64,000 nt of DNA from Eledone cirrhosa (lineage: Eukaryota): the NCBI GenBank assembly GCA_964016885.1, contig OZ024750.1, positions 23,250,001 through 23,314,000 on the forward strand, read 5' to 3'. How positions within the stretch are numbered: position 1 is the first letter of the stretch; each line of letters begins with the position of its first letter. A program made the translations under genes and the position numbers. Shown one piece after another: positions 14,432 through 29,140 of the stretch. A model generated the notes under the pieces. It was not told where the DNA came from, did not search any database, and saw only the letters and a program-made list of their open reading frames with translations.

Positions 14432-15270
14432 CCGCTCTGTAAAGCTAGCCTCGAACCAGAACTACATCTGCTGCTTACCCCTGCAATTCAGTAAGAAGAA
14501 AATAAATAGAATAAAAATATTAACCAAGATCACTAAATTCTTCGTAATTTGATTCTTTTGTATGAAACCCAAGACAAAAAGAAGAGAGAAGGTACTTCTA
14601 TGTGTGTAGGGTGAGCTGTTACGGGGCTCTAGGTGTAGTTTTGTACCCCCTTAGGTTGTGAGATAAGCCCGTGAGGAGGGGGGGGGGTAGTATTGGTGGT
14701 GGTGGTGGTGGTGGTGGTGATAGAATGTAGCATATTAAATCTGTAAAGGTACATAGATAGAATGCATTTATGTGATGTTGTGTATGGAACGATTACATAA
14801 TAACGGTGAATTGTTGCTATGGTTACAGGTTACCTCTACTAGTCGTAAGATAATTCTAATTAAAACCTGTAATGAATTTAGATGCTCGTTATAAGCTGGA
14901 GCTTATATCCCTGTTTCATGAAATGTTAAGCGACACTTAAAGTAGATCACTACCCCCCTGGACGGGACGTCAGTCACTCTCCAACTGCTGCTGGTAGTAA
15001 CCATTTTCTTTTTAAATTAAAACAAACTTGTGCAATCCAAGAATAAAGGGATTCTGTCTGGCTATCGAACTTACGACCCCATGATTGTGGACCCAACATC
15101 CTAACTACTTGGCCGAAAGCCTTCACAATATGGAATCTAATATCGGTCTTAAAATAAATGATGTCAGTCGTTGTTGCAGTGTAAGTCGTTGTTAGTATAC
15201 TAGATGTTGTGACTTTAAAATATACAGATATGATGCTGTAAATAGTAACTTACATACTGTGGCATCAGAC

Positions 15271-15550
15271 CAGAGGCATAACTAGGGAAAATAGGGCCTA
15301 TGGCAAGCAGTGAAATTGCACCTCTACCCAGCACTGTATTTTTACCTATGGACTTAATAATTTGTATAAATGGTTTAATGATCCAGCCACCATAGTGTTC
15401 TCTCTCACTCATGATAATCAAAGATAGATCAGATCATACATTTGAAGACGTTTCTTTTTTCCCTCTCCGACGAGGCTTATTTGACTTTAATAGAATGTGC
15501 TCCTAGTCCAAATGGCACCCTCTTCACGCGGCGCCCATGGCACGAGCCAC
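15271..15550 (+). mobile_element. Paralog of the 8619-9090 repeat (empty SINE site)
   Basis: CAGAGGCATAACTAGGGAAAATAGGGCCTATGGCAAGCAGTGAAATTGC shared. Confidence 0.7.
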
Positions 15551-15934
15551 AAAACGGGTGTACAAATGAAGAACAAATGAAAGGGGCTGAGAGCAAATAA
15601 AGGATATCATTATATGATCATTTTATCATAAAATATTTATGTATTTTCTTTTGGAGTTGTACTTATCAGACTAGTGACATAGTCTCAGACTGTTGAAACT
15701 AAAGCAAATTTTGTCGCAGGCGTACTTTAGATTTTGTTTCGTTTATTCATCCTTCAGTCTATTTCCTAAACAATGTTAAACTAGTTTTTAACGTATTGTA
15801 CACCGTCGGATTAACAGTCCTGTCATAGGTGTACGAAACTACAATGATATTTGGTGAATAGCTGACGTTGGGATGTTCCTTCTTTATGCTGTCCGTGCTT
15901 TCGTTTTCTTCGTTCTTTTAAGTGTTTATTCTGT

Positions 15935-15986
<52 letters not shown>

Positions 15987-17183
15987 AGTGTGTACAGATT
16001 TTAATGAATATTGTTGTACAACAATAACAAAAGCAGCAGCAATAACAGCATTAATAATAACCAGGCGCAGTTGACAGTATACCTGTAACGAAATCTAAGC
16101 AGAGAGATTTGGATTTTTGTTCATCAGTTGTCAATTTGCATTGATCGTCTGCAAAGCCGCATTGTTCTCAGAACCACTACACCAGACTTTCGATGCGTGC
16201 AGCGAGAACTACTGTCACCCATTGATTTGGCAATATCGCAACTCATTTCTACAGCTGAGTAAACTGGAGCAACGTGAAATAAAGTGTCTTGCTCAAGGCC
16301 GCAACACATCACCCGGTCCGAAAATCGAACTCACAACCGTTCGATTGCAAGCCCAATGTTTTAACCACTAAGCCATGTGTCTTCACTAAACAACTTAAAC
16401 ATCACGCAAACTCTTAGATAATTTTTCTGTGACTATTGCTTGTTTTCACAATGTTATCACAATAACTTCGATGCAAGTTATTCATTAATAAAATTATTTA
16501 AAGTAGCGGCAACTCTTGTTATTGATCATTCCATGATGGCTATGGCAACCATACATCTCAATTCATTGAGACACAAGACAGCGCTTTATATTGGAAAGAC
16601 CAACTTAGAAATTCACCCATGAAGCCAATGGTAACTGCTATAAAACTCCTACCACGCTACAATGAACAACGGACAAATCTGATCAACAATACAACATAGT
16701 TGACCTACAGACATCAAATTCTATACTCGTTACATATCCACCTGGAAAGAGATTAACGTGATGATGATAGTGATGATGATTATCATCACCATCATCACCA
16801 TCATCATCATCATCATCATCATCACGACGATGACGACATGCAGAGAGAAGTGAGCAGCTGTTGCTAAGTAGCTATATTTCTATAGTCTATAGTTATGTAA
16901 CAATATTAGTAGTGATGGAATGTGATGTGTTGGTTGGTAAGAGATGATGGTGATGATGATGGTGATGGGGGGGGGGGGGGGGGTTGATGATGATGATGAT
17001 GATGATGCCATACAGTTGTATGTTTTTCACAACAAATACTTATTCTTTTACTCTCTTATATTTTTACTTGCTTCAGTCATTATACCCCGGTAATTATTGT
17101 TTCAAGTTCAGTACTTATTTTATCGATCGCTCTTCTTACGGGACATAAACAAACAGTAAACATAAACACTGGTAAACACTGAT

Positions 17184-17245
<62 letters not shown>

Positions 17246-17645
17246 GCATGTTGATTGCTACTTCTTGTCAGAAGAGTGCCATCCCTTCATTGAATGCTTT
17301 CTACATTGGGTAATAGAATAAACTCTATAGATAATGAACACAACCACAAGGATATGGTCCGAACGTGGAAGAGCCGAACTCCCACTGTCATCGCCTCCAT
17401 CTCTCTGTATGGTGAGCAAATGGGGTCCCACGTGCTATTGCACGATCATGTGTACGCAGGTCACTTTTCAGACCACCTTTTGTTTGGCAAACGCGTTCAC
17501 AGATGTTACACTAGAACTGTCCATCTCCTGGCACTACCGGCTGGGTTTTGTCTTCATGTATTTTGCCATGTCAGGTCAGTCCAGCTGACTTGCAAATTAA
17601 GCCACACTCATTACAAACGTGTCGCGGAAGGCGTGGCGGTATATA

Positions 17646-17993
17646 CAGGGTGGTCCGAAAATCTTGTCACCCCTTGTCACATATTGTTTTAACTTTCATT
17701 ATTTTTTGTTTTAATAATATATTATATAATATCATTAATTATAATATATAATGATAATAATATAATTTCTACTTCAGAGCTCCTACAGTTTGGATGAGAG
17801 GCTGCTTGCAAATATCTTCACACATGATCGTGTGCATTCTGGCAAAATCATGGAGGGTGTGCGACATGACGTCACTGCAAAATTCGGCAAACCAGCTCCT
17901 CCGAAGAGGACGATGCTGCGATGGGAACATAAACTGTTTCTCATTACATTTTGATAGGGGGGGGGGGGTGACAAGACTTTCAGACCCACCCTG
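17646..17993 (+). mobile_element. Internally deleted Tc1/mariner-type element with TIRs, TA TSD and transposase N-terminal remnant
   Basis: TA-CAGGGTGGTCCGAAAATCTTGTCACCCC ... GGGGTGACAAGACTTTCAGACCCACCCTG-TA; 17784-17942 encodes YSLDERLLANIFTHDRVHSGKIMEGVRHDVTAKFGKPAPPKRTMLRWEHKLF (DUF4817-like HTH). Confidence 0.85.
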
Positions 17994-18655
17994 TACCTCT
18001 CACAAGTGGCTCGATTTCGCCCTGGCTCATGGATGGATTGTATATTACCTTTGCTGGTTTTCTGCTTGTTTCCGTCAACCAAATTTCACTCGCAATGCAT
18101 TGCTCAACCTGAACCTATAATAGAAGACATTTCATCATGGTGCCGCATAGTAGGACTAAACCACAAGGTGGTAAAACGAACTCTTTAACTACACAGTTAT
18201 ACCGGCGCCTATACTTCATAGTATTTCAACAGCAAATGGGGATATTCCTCATTTTTTACTTTTTTCTCATCTTTTTATTACTTTCATTTTTCTATATCTG
18301 TTCATGGAGCCATTATTTAATACATGATGATAAATATATGAAGAAAAATAAAACGGAAGCGTTCAGTATTAAAATAGACATCTGAACTATTGGCTTTCTA
18401 GCGTTAACTAAAGGAAGCAAATGAGAAGCAATGAGATCGATATAATCGACCTCAGAAAGTATTGACAATGATGTAACAGCATGCATGGCCTTAGACCATG
18501 ATTGAAACTAGAAAACAAAATAAAAAAAGGAAACACACACACACACATTCTGGAGAGAAGACAAACTTACAGAAACATTTTACTCTGCTTCCATATATTA
18601 AGTGCTTATTCACTTAATGTTTGAAAGTTTTAAGTTCATGGTATTTTAAACGTCC

Positions 18656-18693
<38 letters not shown>

Positions 18694-18794
18694 ATACATA
18701 TATATATGTATATATATATATGTGTGTGTGTGTGTATATATGTATATATATATGTGTGTGTATATATATGTATATATATGTGTATATATATACG

Positions 18795-18830
<36 letters not shown>

Positions 18831-18842
18831 TATGTGTGTACA

Positions 18843-18874
<32 letters not shown>

Positions 18875-18878
18875 AACG

Positions 18879-18910
<32 letters not shown>

Positions 18911-19019
18911 TGCTTATCGGTATCACTGGAGTGGAACGAAATTGTCGGAAGGTGCCGAAATCGTTATGGCTTCAACTGATGAAGGAAATATCCCACAGCG
19001 CAAGCTGTGGGATACGCAT

Positions 19020-19083
<64 letters not shown>

Positions 19084-19153
19084 AGATATATATATATATG
19101 TATATATATATATATGTGTGTGTATATATATATATATGTATATATATAATATA

Positions 19154-19200
<47 letters not shown>

Positions 19201-19240
19201 GTGTGTGTGTGTGTATACATATATATGTATATATATATAA

Positions 19241-19294
<54 letters not shown>

Positions 19295-19576
19295 GTATAT
19301 ATATATATATGTATATATTTGTACGTATATATATGTATATATATATATATATATGTGTGTATATATATATATGTGTGTCTGTGTGTGTGCGCGCGTGTGT
19401 GTGCATGTATATATGCTTATATATATGTTTTTGTATAAGTGAGTAAAGTGGAGGCAATCGAGTTGCTGTTATTATTGTTTAACCCCAGGTCCTGCCTGAC
19501 TGAGCAGACATATGATCAGATTTCCGGCTATAAATATGCCTGTTTATATATTTATTATTGCTATTTTTTAGGGATA

Positions 19577-19653
<77 letters not shown>

Positions 19654-19735
19654 TAAGAAAATAGTCAGGACCCCGACGGCTGAGCTCCGGCCGTTTCGAC
19701 AGCTAGTTATATAAAAATATATCTATATCTATCTA

Positions 19736-19834
<99 letters not shown>

Positions 19835-19851
19835 TATATATATATACACAC

Positions 19852-19892
<41 letters not shown>

Positions 19893-20083
19893 CACACACA
19901 CACACACACATATATATACACACACACACATATATATATACACACACACACACACACATATATATACACACACACACACACACATATATATATACACACA
20001 CACATATATATATACACACACACACACACATATATATATACACACACACACATATATATATACACACACACACATATATATAT

Positions 20084-20147
<64 letters not shown>

Positions 20148-20217
20148 TATATATATATATATATATATATATACTATATATATATATATATATATATATA
20201 CTATATATATATATATA

Positions 20218-20278
<61 letters not shown>

Positions 20279-20613
20279 CGTCGGCGTCGTATTGTATGTA
20301 TTTGGTATGTGAATGGAAGTTGATCAAAATAGATAAACGTATATAAATCGAAACAACACAGATAAATACATAGATATATAAATAATAATGTGTTGTGTCT
20401 GTAGGTCGGTAGGTTTGGGTGGGTTTTTGGTGGAGGTGATGTTCAACAGATTGAGATAACGGATTGCCGACGGAAGAATTAGAAGTGGTGTTTATACAGG
20501 ACTTAAGCTTTACAATCGCTACATAAGTCTTGTGCTAAATTAGATGATATTTGCACTCTGGTAAGAGTACAAAACTTGTAGAGAAAATAGTTTCATATAT
20601 ATATATATATATA

Positions 20614-20708
<95 letters not shown>

Positions 20709-20809
20709 GAGAAAGATTTGAATTTAGGCAAATCGACAATTAAATGTTGAAGTAGATGGATAAGAAACCAATACTCAGATAGGTAGGTAAATAGATAAAA
20801 AACAGACAG

Positions 20810-20908
<99 letters not shown>

Positions 20909-21024
20909 TTGTCTGTCTGTTTTTTTATCTGTTTACCTACCTATCTGAGTATTGGTTTCTTATCCATCTACTTAAACATACAATACATACAATATTACCA
21001 AATACATACAATACGACGCCGACG

Positions 21025-21085
<61 letters not shown>

Positions 21086-21177
21086 AGTTCGGAAACAGAA
21101 AACAAAAAACAGACAAAGGCAGGAGTAAATGTTACAAATATTATTAATTTCAAGCCTGATGAGAGTGGGGTGTGTGG

Positions 21178-21333
<156 letters not shown>

Positions 21334-21667
21334 GTATATATAAAGTTTGACATATCTGTTGAGCATGCACAACGACAGTCTGATAATTAAAGATAAAGTT
21401 ACTTTTTGCAATTAGAAATATTTCAGAGCAACAAACAAATTTAATGAAAGAAGCTAAAGTAAATACGAGGAAGTCAGATATATAAACGAAGAAAAGACGG
21501 GACTTTTTTAAAATGTTGTTTTGAGGGTTTTAAATAAACAGAAACTTGAGTGACAGTAACTAGCAAGGAAGATGGTATCTCCGGATTACTATGACGTGGG
21601 GTTTGGCGAACTGTAATTAGAGTGGGATTGAAGGAGAAGTTAGATATATATATAGATATATTGATAG

Positions 21668-21753
<86 letters not shown>

Positions 21754-22327
21754 CTGGGTGGGTGAGTAGATAAATAGATTGATAAAGAAAGAAAGGGCAC
21801 ATATATATAGAGAGAGAGAGAGGGGGAGAGGGTGGATGGGTTGGTGAGTAGATAAATAGATTGAGGAAGAAAGAAAGGGCATATATATATATAGAGAGAG
21901 AGAGTGAGAGATAGGTAGATAGATAGATAGAGAATGAGAGAAGAGAGAGAGAGAGAATGAATGGGTGGGTGAGTAGATAAATAGATTGATGAAGAAAGAA
22001 GGGGTAGATATATATATGTGTATGTGTATATATATATATATACATATATATATATACCTATATATATATATATATAGATAGATAGAGAGAGAGAGACAGA
22101 GAGAGAAAGAGTATAAAGATAATGGACCAACTAGAGAGAGTAGAAAGGGGTGGTGGTGATAGAAAGGTATGTGACTGAAGAAAGATTTATTCTACCATTT
22201 TTCCTCCCTTGGCACATTGTCAAAGAGAAACGGGAGAATTCTACAGCATTGTGGGATTTTATTGCACTCTGATGCACAACTTCTTTACGCCATCTCTCTG
22301 TCTCTCTAACTATATCTAAAACTCTGT

Positions 22328-22358
<31 letters not shown>

Positions 22359-22561
22359 ACTCACTCACTCACTCACCACTTCTGTTTCCCCCTCCCTCTT
22401 TACCATCTTTCTATCTGTCTCTCCAACTCTTTTTGTTTTTTTCTAGCCCTGAGTCTGATGTATATCTTTTCCTTTCAACTTTCCATGTGCATTGTATTGA
22501 ATTTTTTTTTTCTGAACAGAACGAAACACACACACACACACACACACACATACACACACAC

Positions 22562-22630
<69 letters not shown>

Positions 22631-22788
22631 GCGTGCATGTACCCACATACATATGTATGTCTACACGCCGTGTATATTCTTTGTGTCCTTATTTTCCCTA
22701 ACATTCTTCACACACATACACACTATATATATATATATACATATACATATATACATATATATATATATATACATATAGATATACACAC

Positions 22789-22819
<31 letters not shown>

Positions 22820-22834
22820 CACATATATATACAC

Positions 22835-22893
<59 letters not shown>

Positions 22894-23240
22894 CACATAT
22901 ATATACACATATATATATATGTATATATATATACATATATATATAAAGTATATATGATATATATTATATCCACATATTTAAACACAAGCACCGCCACAGC
23001 GACTAAAACCACCAACACCCCTTCCACCATCACCACCATTACCTCCACCACTACTACTACTAATACTCCTACCAGCAACACCACCAAGAACAACAACAAC
23101 CAACATCAGAGGCTGTATTTAACTTCCATTTCACTTACCATAAAGTCAACATACGTACATACATGCACACACGCATGTACGCATGTATGTATGTATGTAT
23201 GTATGTATGTACGTATGTATGTATGTATGTATGTATGATA

Positions 23241-23845
23241 TGTCAGGTCACCAGTTGGTGCTACTGGTAACATGTATCCCAGTACAACCTGTCCCATGGT
23301 CGGGTCGTTGGCGACTAAACTGGCAACCCACCAAGGTTTCTTGGTGAGTAGGGTGACTTTGGACATCCTGCAGGACTAAAAACAAAACCTGTCAAAGGGC
23401 AAAGTAGCTCTTAAGAGTCAGTGGCCATCCAAAATCACCGGGAGAGATGACCCCTTAGCCTTTGTCAAGGCAGAATTCTAGGAGAAGGAAAACTCTGATA
23501 TAACACCTGCAACCCTGATGGTATCCAATGATGTTGACTTGTTCTTCTTTTTGGTAAATATCATCTTGGTTAAGAGAGTGGGACTGGTTTGTGCAGTGCC
23601 TTTGCTCACTATAAAAGCTTCACGACACAGGCATTGCTTTATATCCTGAGATCTCTCTGCACTTGTCGTCACATGGTACCAAGGGCCCAGCACTATGTGT
23701 CAATAATTGTCACAAGTGTAGTGTTTGTACCAGAGTTTTCAAGTCGCTGGCTGGACTAAAAAGTCTCGTTCAGCGCATCGGTAGGGGTCCTCCTACATGG
23801 ATATAAAGTAGTGGCCGTACTCGAAAACGAGTTGGCAGCCACCAT
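23241..23845 (+). mobile_element. Bipartite non-autonomous RTE-derived retroelement in (ATGT)n
   Basis: RTE 5'UTR-like CTAGGAGAAGGAAAACTCTGAT, C-terminal zinc-finger remnant, 3' stem-loop ACTCGAAAACGAGT, (ATGT)n on both sides; copies at 44575-44997, 57447-57855 and 31407-31470. Confidence 0.85.
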
Positions 23846-23959
23846 GTATGTATGTATGTATGTATGTATGTATGTATGTATGTATGTATGTATGTATGTA
23901 TGTATGTATGTATGTATAAAGTTGTTTTGAAGTTTGTTTTCGTGGCGCGAGAGTCTCCT

Positions 23960-24240
23960 AGTGTTCATTAAGATAACTCTCTAGGAGAAGGTCACTCTAA
24001 TATAAAACCTACGACTTCGTTTGCATCCAATGATGTAAACCAGTTCTTCTTTTGGGGCAAATGCATTTGATGTTCAGAGAGTGGGACTGGCTCCGTGCAA
24101 AGCTTTTACTCACTTAAAAACGCTTCAAGCACAGGCATCGCTTGATATGCGACATTTTTGCGGTGCATGGTACTGCTGGCCATAAGCAAGTCCTTAGCAG
24201 GACTAAAAAGCCACGCCTGTGATGCTCATGCTTAAGTAGG
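23960..24240 (+). mobile_element. Diverged subfamily of the bipartite RTE element
   Basis: CTAGGAGAAGGTCACTCT..GAGAGTGGGACTGG..CACAGGCAT; encodes a KSLAGLKSHACDAH remnant. Confidence 0.7.
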
Positions 24241-24589
24241 GAAAACTCCAAGGAGGGGGCTTATCTGAGTGGAGGACATCTCCCACCCCTCCGTTCTCCG
24301 GAGGTTAGATTAGTTGATAGCACACGAAAAATCTGAAGAAAACCATTTTCCCCCACTGAAATCAAGTGGGGTGGCGTTGAATAATAATACCAAACATACA
24401 TACATATACACACGCATACATATACACATACATACAAACACATGCATACAAACACATGAATACAAACACATCCATGCATACACACACATATACATACACA
24501 TACATACAAGCACACATACATACATGTTACACATAAAGACTAAAAGTATTTAGAAATACGAAGAAGAGAAAAGCAAAGAACCAGAAAGA

Positions 24590-25291
24590 CAACAATAGCA
24601 GTAACAACAACAACCAACAACAACAACACTACAACTACCAAGGACATCACAACCACCACCAACTACTAACACCACCACCACCACCACAACAACAACAATA
24701 GCAGTAACAACAACAACCAACAACAACACTACAACTACCAAGAACATCACAACCACCACAACAACAACGACAGTAACAACAACCAACAACAACAACGTTA
24801 CTAACACCAGCACCACTACCACCATCACAACAACAACAACAACAACAATAATGACAGTAACAACACCAACAACAACAACAATATTACTAACACCACTACC
24901 ACCATCACAACAACAACAACAACAACAACAACAATGACAGTAACAACACCAACAACAACAATATTACTAACACCACTACCACCATCACCACCACAACAAC
25001 AACAACAACAACGACAGTAACAACACCAACAACAACACCAATATTACTAACACCATCACCACCATCACCACAACAACAACAATGACAGTAACAACACCAT
25101 CACCAACAACAACAATATTACTAACACCACCACCATCACCACCACCACCATCACCACCACCACCATCACAACAACAACAACAACAATGACAGTAACAACA
25201 CCACCACAACAACAACAACAACAACAACAACGACAGTAACACCACCACCAACAACAACAACAATATTACTAACACCAACACCACCACCATC

Positions 25292-25336
<45 letters not shown>

Positions 25337-25590
25337 ACAGTAACAACACCACAACAACAACAATAACAACAACGACAGTAACAACACCACCACCACAACA
25401 ACAATATTACTAACACCACCACAACAACAACAACAACACCACCACCACCACCACCAACAACAACAACAAAACTATTACTAACACCACCACCACCACCGCC
25501 ACCAGCAAAAATACCACCATCACCATCGCCACAACAACAACAACAACAACCACTAACAACACCACAACCAATACTGCCAGAATAACAACA
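24590..25590. repeat. Cryptic (CAA/CAC)n array with recurring ACAGTAACAACA and ATATTACTAACACC anchors
   Basis: Direct reading. Confidence 0.9.
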
Positions 25591-25724
25591 AAAACACGTT
25601 CTAGTGCCCACTGTAAGATTCCAGTCGGATTTCTGTGGAAAACTCACCAAATATGGCGATGCTGGATTTGAGCCAAAACATTTCAAGTTAACAGCAGATG
25701 TAATTAGAAATTCAAAGATTTATA

Positions 25725-25768
<44 letters not shown>

Positions 25769-25934
25769 TGTGTATATATATGTGTATATATATATATGTG
25801 TGTGTGTGTGTATATATATATGTATGTATGCATGTATGTGTGTGTATGTGGTATATATATATATATATATATATATGCGTGTGTGTGTATATATATATGT
25901 ATATATATATATATGTACATATATATATATGTGC

Positions 25935-26082
<148 letters not shown>

Positions 26083-26093
26083 GTATATATATA

Positions 26094-26200
<107 letters not shown>

Positions 26201-26431
26201 TATTATTATTTTCTTTATCTTAAGTAATGTTAAGTCTTTTGTTTTATTGTCTTAGTCTCCCCCATCGCCCCCATGTCTCGAAGCCACCGTGATAATCAAG
26301 TTGTTGTTGTTGTTGTTGTTGCTGGTGTTATTGTTGTTGTTGTTGCTGGTGTTTATGTTATGTTTACATTAATACAACAGTTGATTATCATGTGAATAGA
26401 TGTATAATTATACTTCATACATACACATTAT

Positions 26432-26464
<33 letters not shown>

Positions 26465-26479
26465 ATATATTTATATAAA

Positions 26480-26517
<38 letters not shown>

Positions 26518-26680
26518 ACACGCACACACACATACATACACACACGCAAACACACACACACACACACACAAACACACACATATAATATAGGAGCAGGTGT
26601 GGCAACATATGTATGCTATAATATAAAACCCATTTGTGTTCATTATAGGCAAAAATTATCATCATCCCTTTCCCCATCGC

Positions 26681-26723
<43 letters not shown>

Positions 26724-27072
26724 GTCATCGTCATCATCATCATCATCATCGTCATCGTCATCGTCATCATCATCATCATCGTCATCGTCGTTGTCGTCGA
26801 CCGTACGAATAATAAATATAAATGTTGTGTGTATAATAAATTGTTTTCGATTCCATTCCATAGTTTAAGCGTCGTATACGTTGAACTTAGTAATGAAGTA
26901 ATATAAATTGTTTCGTCTGAGTGGAGGACAAGGAACATGCCAGCTGAGGTTGGCAGCCGTGTGTTTGTAGCTCGTTCCTTTGGCAAAGTCAGCGAAACTC
27001 AGGGCGTTGCGAGAGAAAACAGGATGAGAGCCATTAAAAACAACATGGACGCAGCAGGGAGGACATATAGAT

Positions 27073-27245
27073 CAGTGGTCGCCAACCAGTTGTTCGAGGA
27101 CTGCTGGTGGTCCACGAGAAAATTTTGGTGGTTCGCAGACAGAAACGTTTTAATGTATTTATCTTTTTTAAAAAAATTTCATGTTAGTAGTATCTAAAAT
27201 TATGAATTTATTGGTCCGTGAGGTCCGAAAGGTTGGCGACCGCTG
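27073..27245. mobile_element. hAT-Charlie-type MITE, 173 bp
   Basis: TIRs CAGTGGTCGCCAACC / GGTTGGCGACCGCTG; 8-bp TSD ATATAGAT / ATCTAGAT. Confidence 0.9.
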
Positions 27246-27754
27246 ATCTAGATGGCTGTGGCTGAAGAGAAGTGACCACTGGGGTCAATAATGTATATGG
27301 TACTTGGACACCGACTGAGGCTTTATCAACCTCGGTTGGGTCACCTGGATGAGGGCGTATGCTGTAAAACTCGAAATACCCGGTGACTTAATGATATAAC
27401 ACCGATGATGTCTTCAACGTTTTGCATCTGTAGATGTTTAAAGATCTATATCAAATATTCTCATTCCGAATGTTAAGGGTGTTAAGTCAGTTTCGACGAT
27501 GAGTGGTTCAGTTTTTCGATCAACAGAACGACCACGTCGTTAAATAAACTTGCACGTGGCTGAGTATTCCATAGCCACGTGTACCCTCAACGTAATTCAC
27601 AGGAAGATTCAGTGTGACACAGTATGTGACAAGACTAGCTCATTGAATTATACAGATGCAGCTTATTTGACAAGCTTCCATACAGTTTCTGTCTATCTCA
27701 TTTTAATTAGAAGGCTCGGATCGACTAGGTATGTGTGTGGTGTGATGGTAGTGA

Positions 27755-27816
<62 letters not shown>

Positions 27817-28939
27817 AAGAGAGAGAGATACTTGTCTCAGAGGATACAAAGAAAGATCGAACCTGAAACCTCATGATTGCGAAACTAATTCTTTAACCTT
27901 TCGGCCATGCTACGCCATTTTTCAAAAATATTAATGTTTCATGTATAATAGATGTTGTCTTTGATTTCGATCCATAATTTAAGCATCACATACGTAGAAC
28001 ATAGTAGATAATGGCTTTTAATTTAGGCAGAAGGCCTGCAGTTTAGTGGAGATGGATGAAATTCCTGACTGGTACTTTATTTTATCGACCCTGGTAGAAT
28101 GAAAGCCAAAGTTGAACTCTGCGAGATTTGAACCTGGTTCGCGAAGAACTGTAACTTAATACCACAAAGCATTTTGTCCATCACTCTACCGATTCCGAAA
28201 CTACTGCCCTAGAACGGAGCAAAATAATATTATAAGTTTTTTCATCTTTCTTTATGTTTTAGACCAAATATTCTTAATCCCAAAGTTAAAGATTTTAAAT
28301 GACATTTCAGTAAAAATATTTTAAAAAAAAAGAAAAATTTCTTAAACTATCGCCCTGCAGTAGCAGCAAATGTTATTAAACAGACCGTTTAACAAGAGGC
28401 TGTTGTTATTTTAAGAGTGACTAATTAATTTGTACTCCACCTCCACTAATTAATCTGCTTGATAATCATACTATAATGCCAACAGCATAACATTTGTCTT
28501 TAATGAAAACTTCTTTCAATAATATTTCCACCCAGTAAATTATCAAGTACAGAAATCTGAATAAGAAAGGAAGCGGAAGTATTGTGTAATGAAATTGTAA
28601 AGATGTAAGGGGGAGGTAACTTGAGAAATTGTTTGATGTATTGTTGTTGTTGTTTAACTCCAGATCAGCCTTGATTGGGCAGACGTATTATCAATGAGCT
28701 TGATTTGTACTGACCGGGCGGTCATTGAGTTTGCCACCCCCATCCCCAGAAAACAAAGGGTGGAACCAGAGCTGTCATCTGAGTAATGTAATCCCCATTC
28801 TTGCAGTTATGCACCCTATTCTCACAAATAAAATAATTTCATCTTTCAGTTTGACAATCTGACGAATCTAGATTTTGAAAATTCTTTGTCTGGCAACATA
28901 AAGAAAATTACTAAGCTTGCATTTTTTTTTTTTTTTTTT

Positions 28940-29140
28940 TTTTACTACATCGTCCACACTCACTGGCACCAAATCATGTGATGGTCATAACACCATACGA
29001 CCTTCTCCACCGCTTTGGATACTTCCGCTTGCTACGCAGCAAAGATGTTTAGCGATATATTTTATGATTTCAGGAAATTATAATATATTAAATCTATTTA
29101 TTTAAATTTGTATCAAACTGCGATCATTTAAGATTCAATA
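28940..29140 (+). repeat. Unclassified interspersed repeat (also 36285-36460 + and 55165-55415 -)
   Basis: Shared CAAATCATGTG..CATAACAC..ACGA..CTCCACCGCTTTG..ATGTTTAGC. Confidence 0.65.

Noticed and set aside
23241-23330. HDV-like ribozyme at the 5' end of the bipartite RTE element (CCAGT/ACTGG, ACC..GGT, TCG..CGA-CTAA)
   Set aside because: P2, P3, P4 and J4/2-like pieces are visible, but I cannot form P1 or a canonical L3; needs a descriptor search on the family consensus
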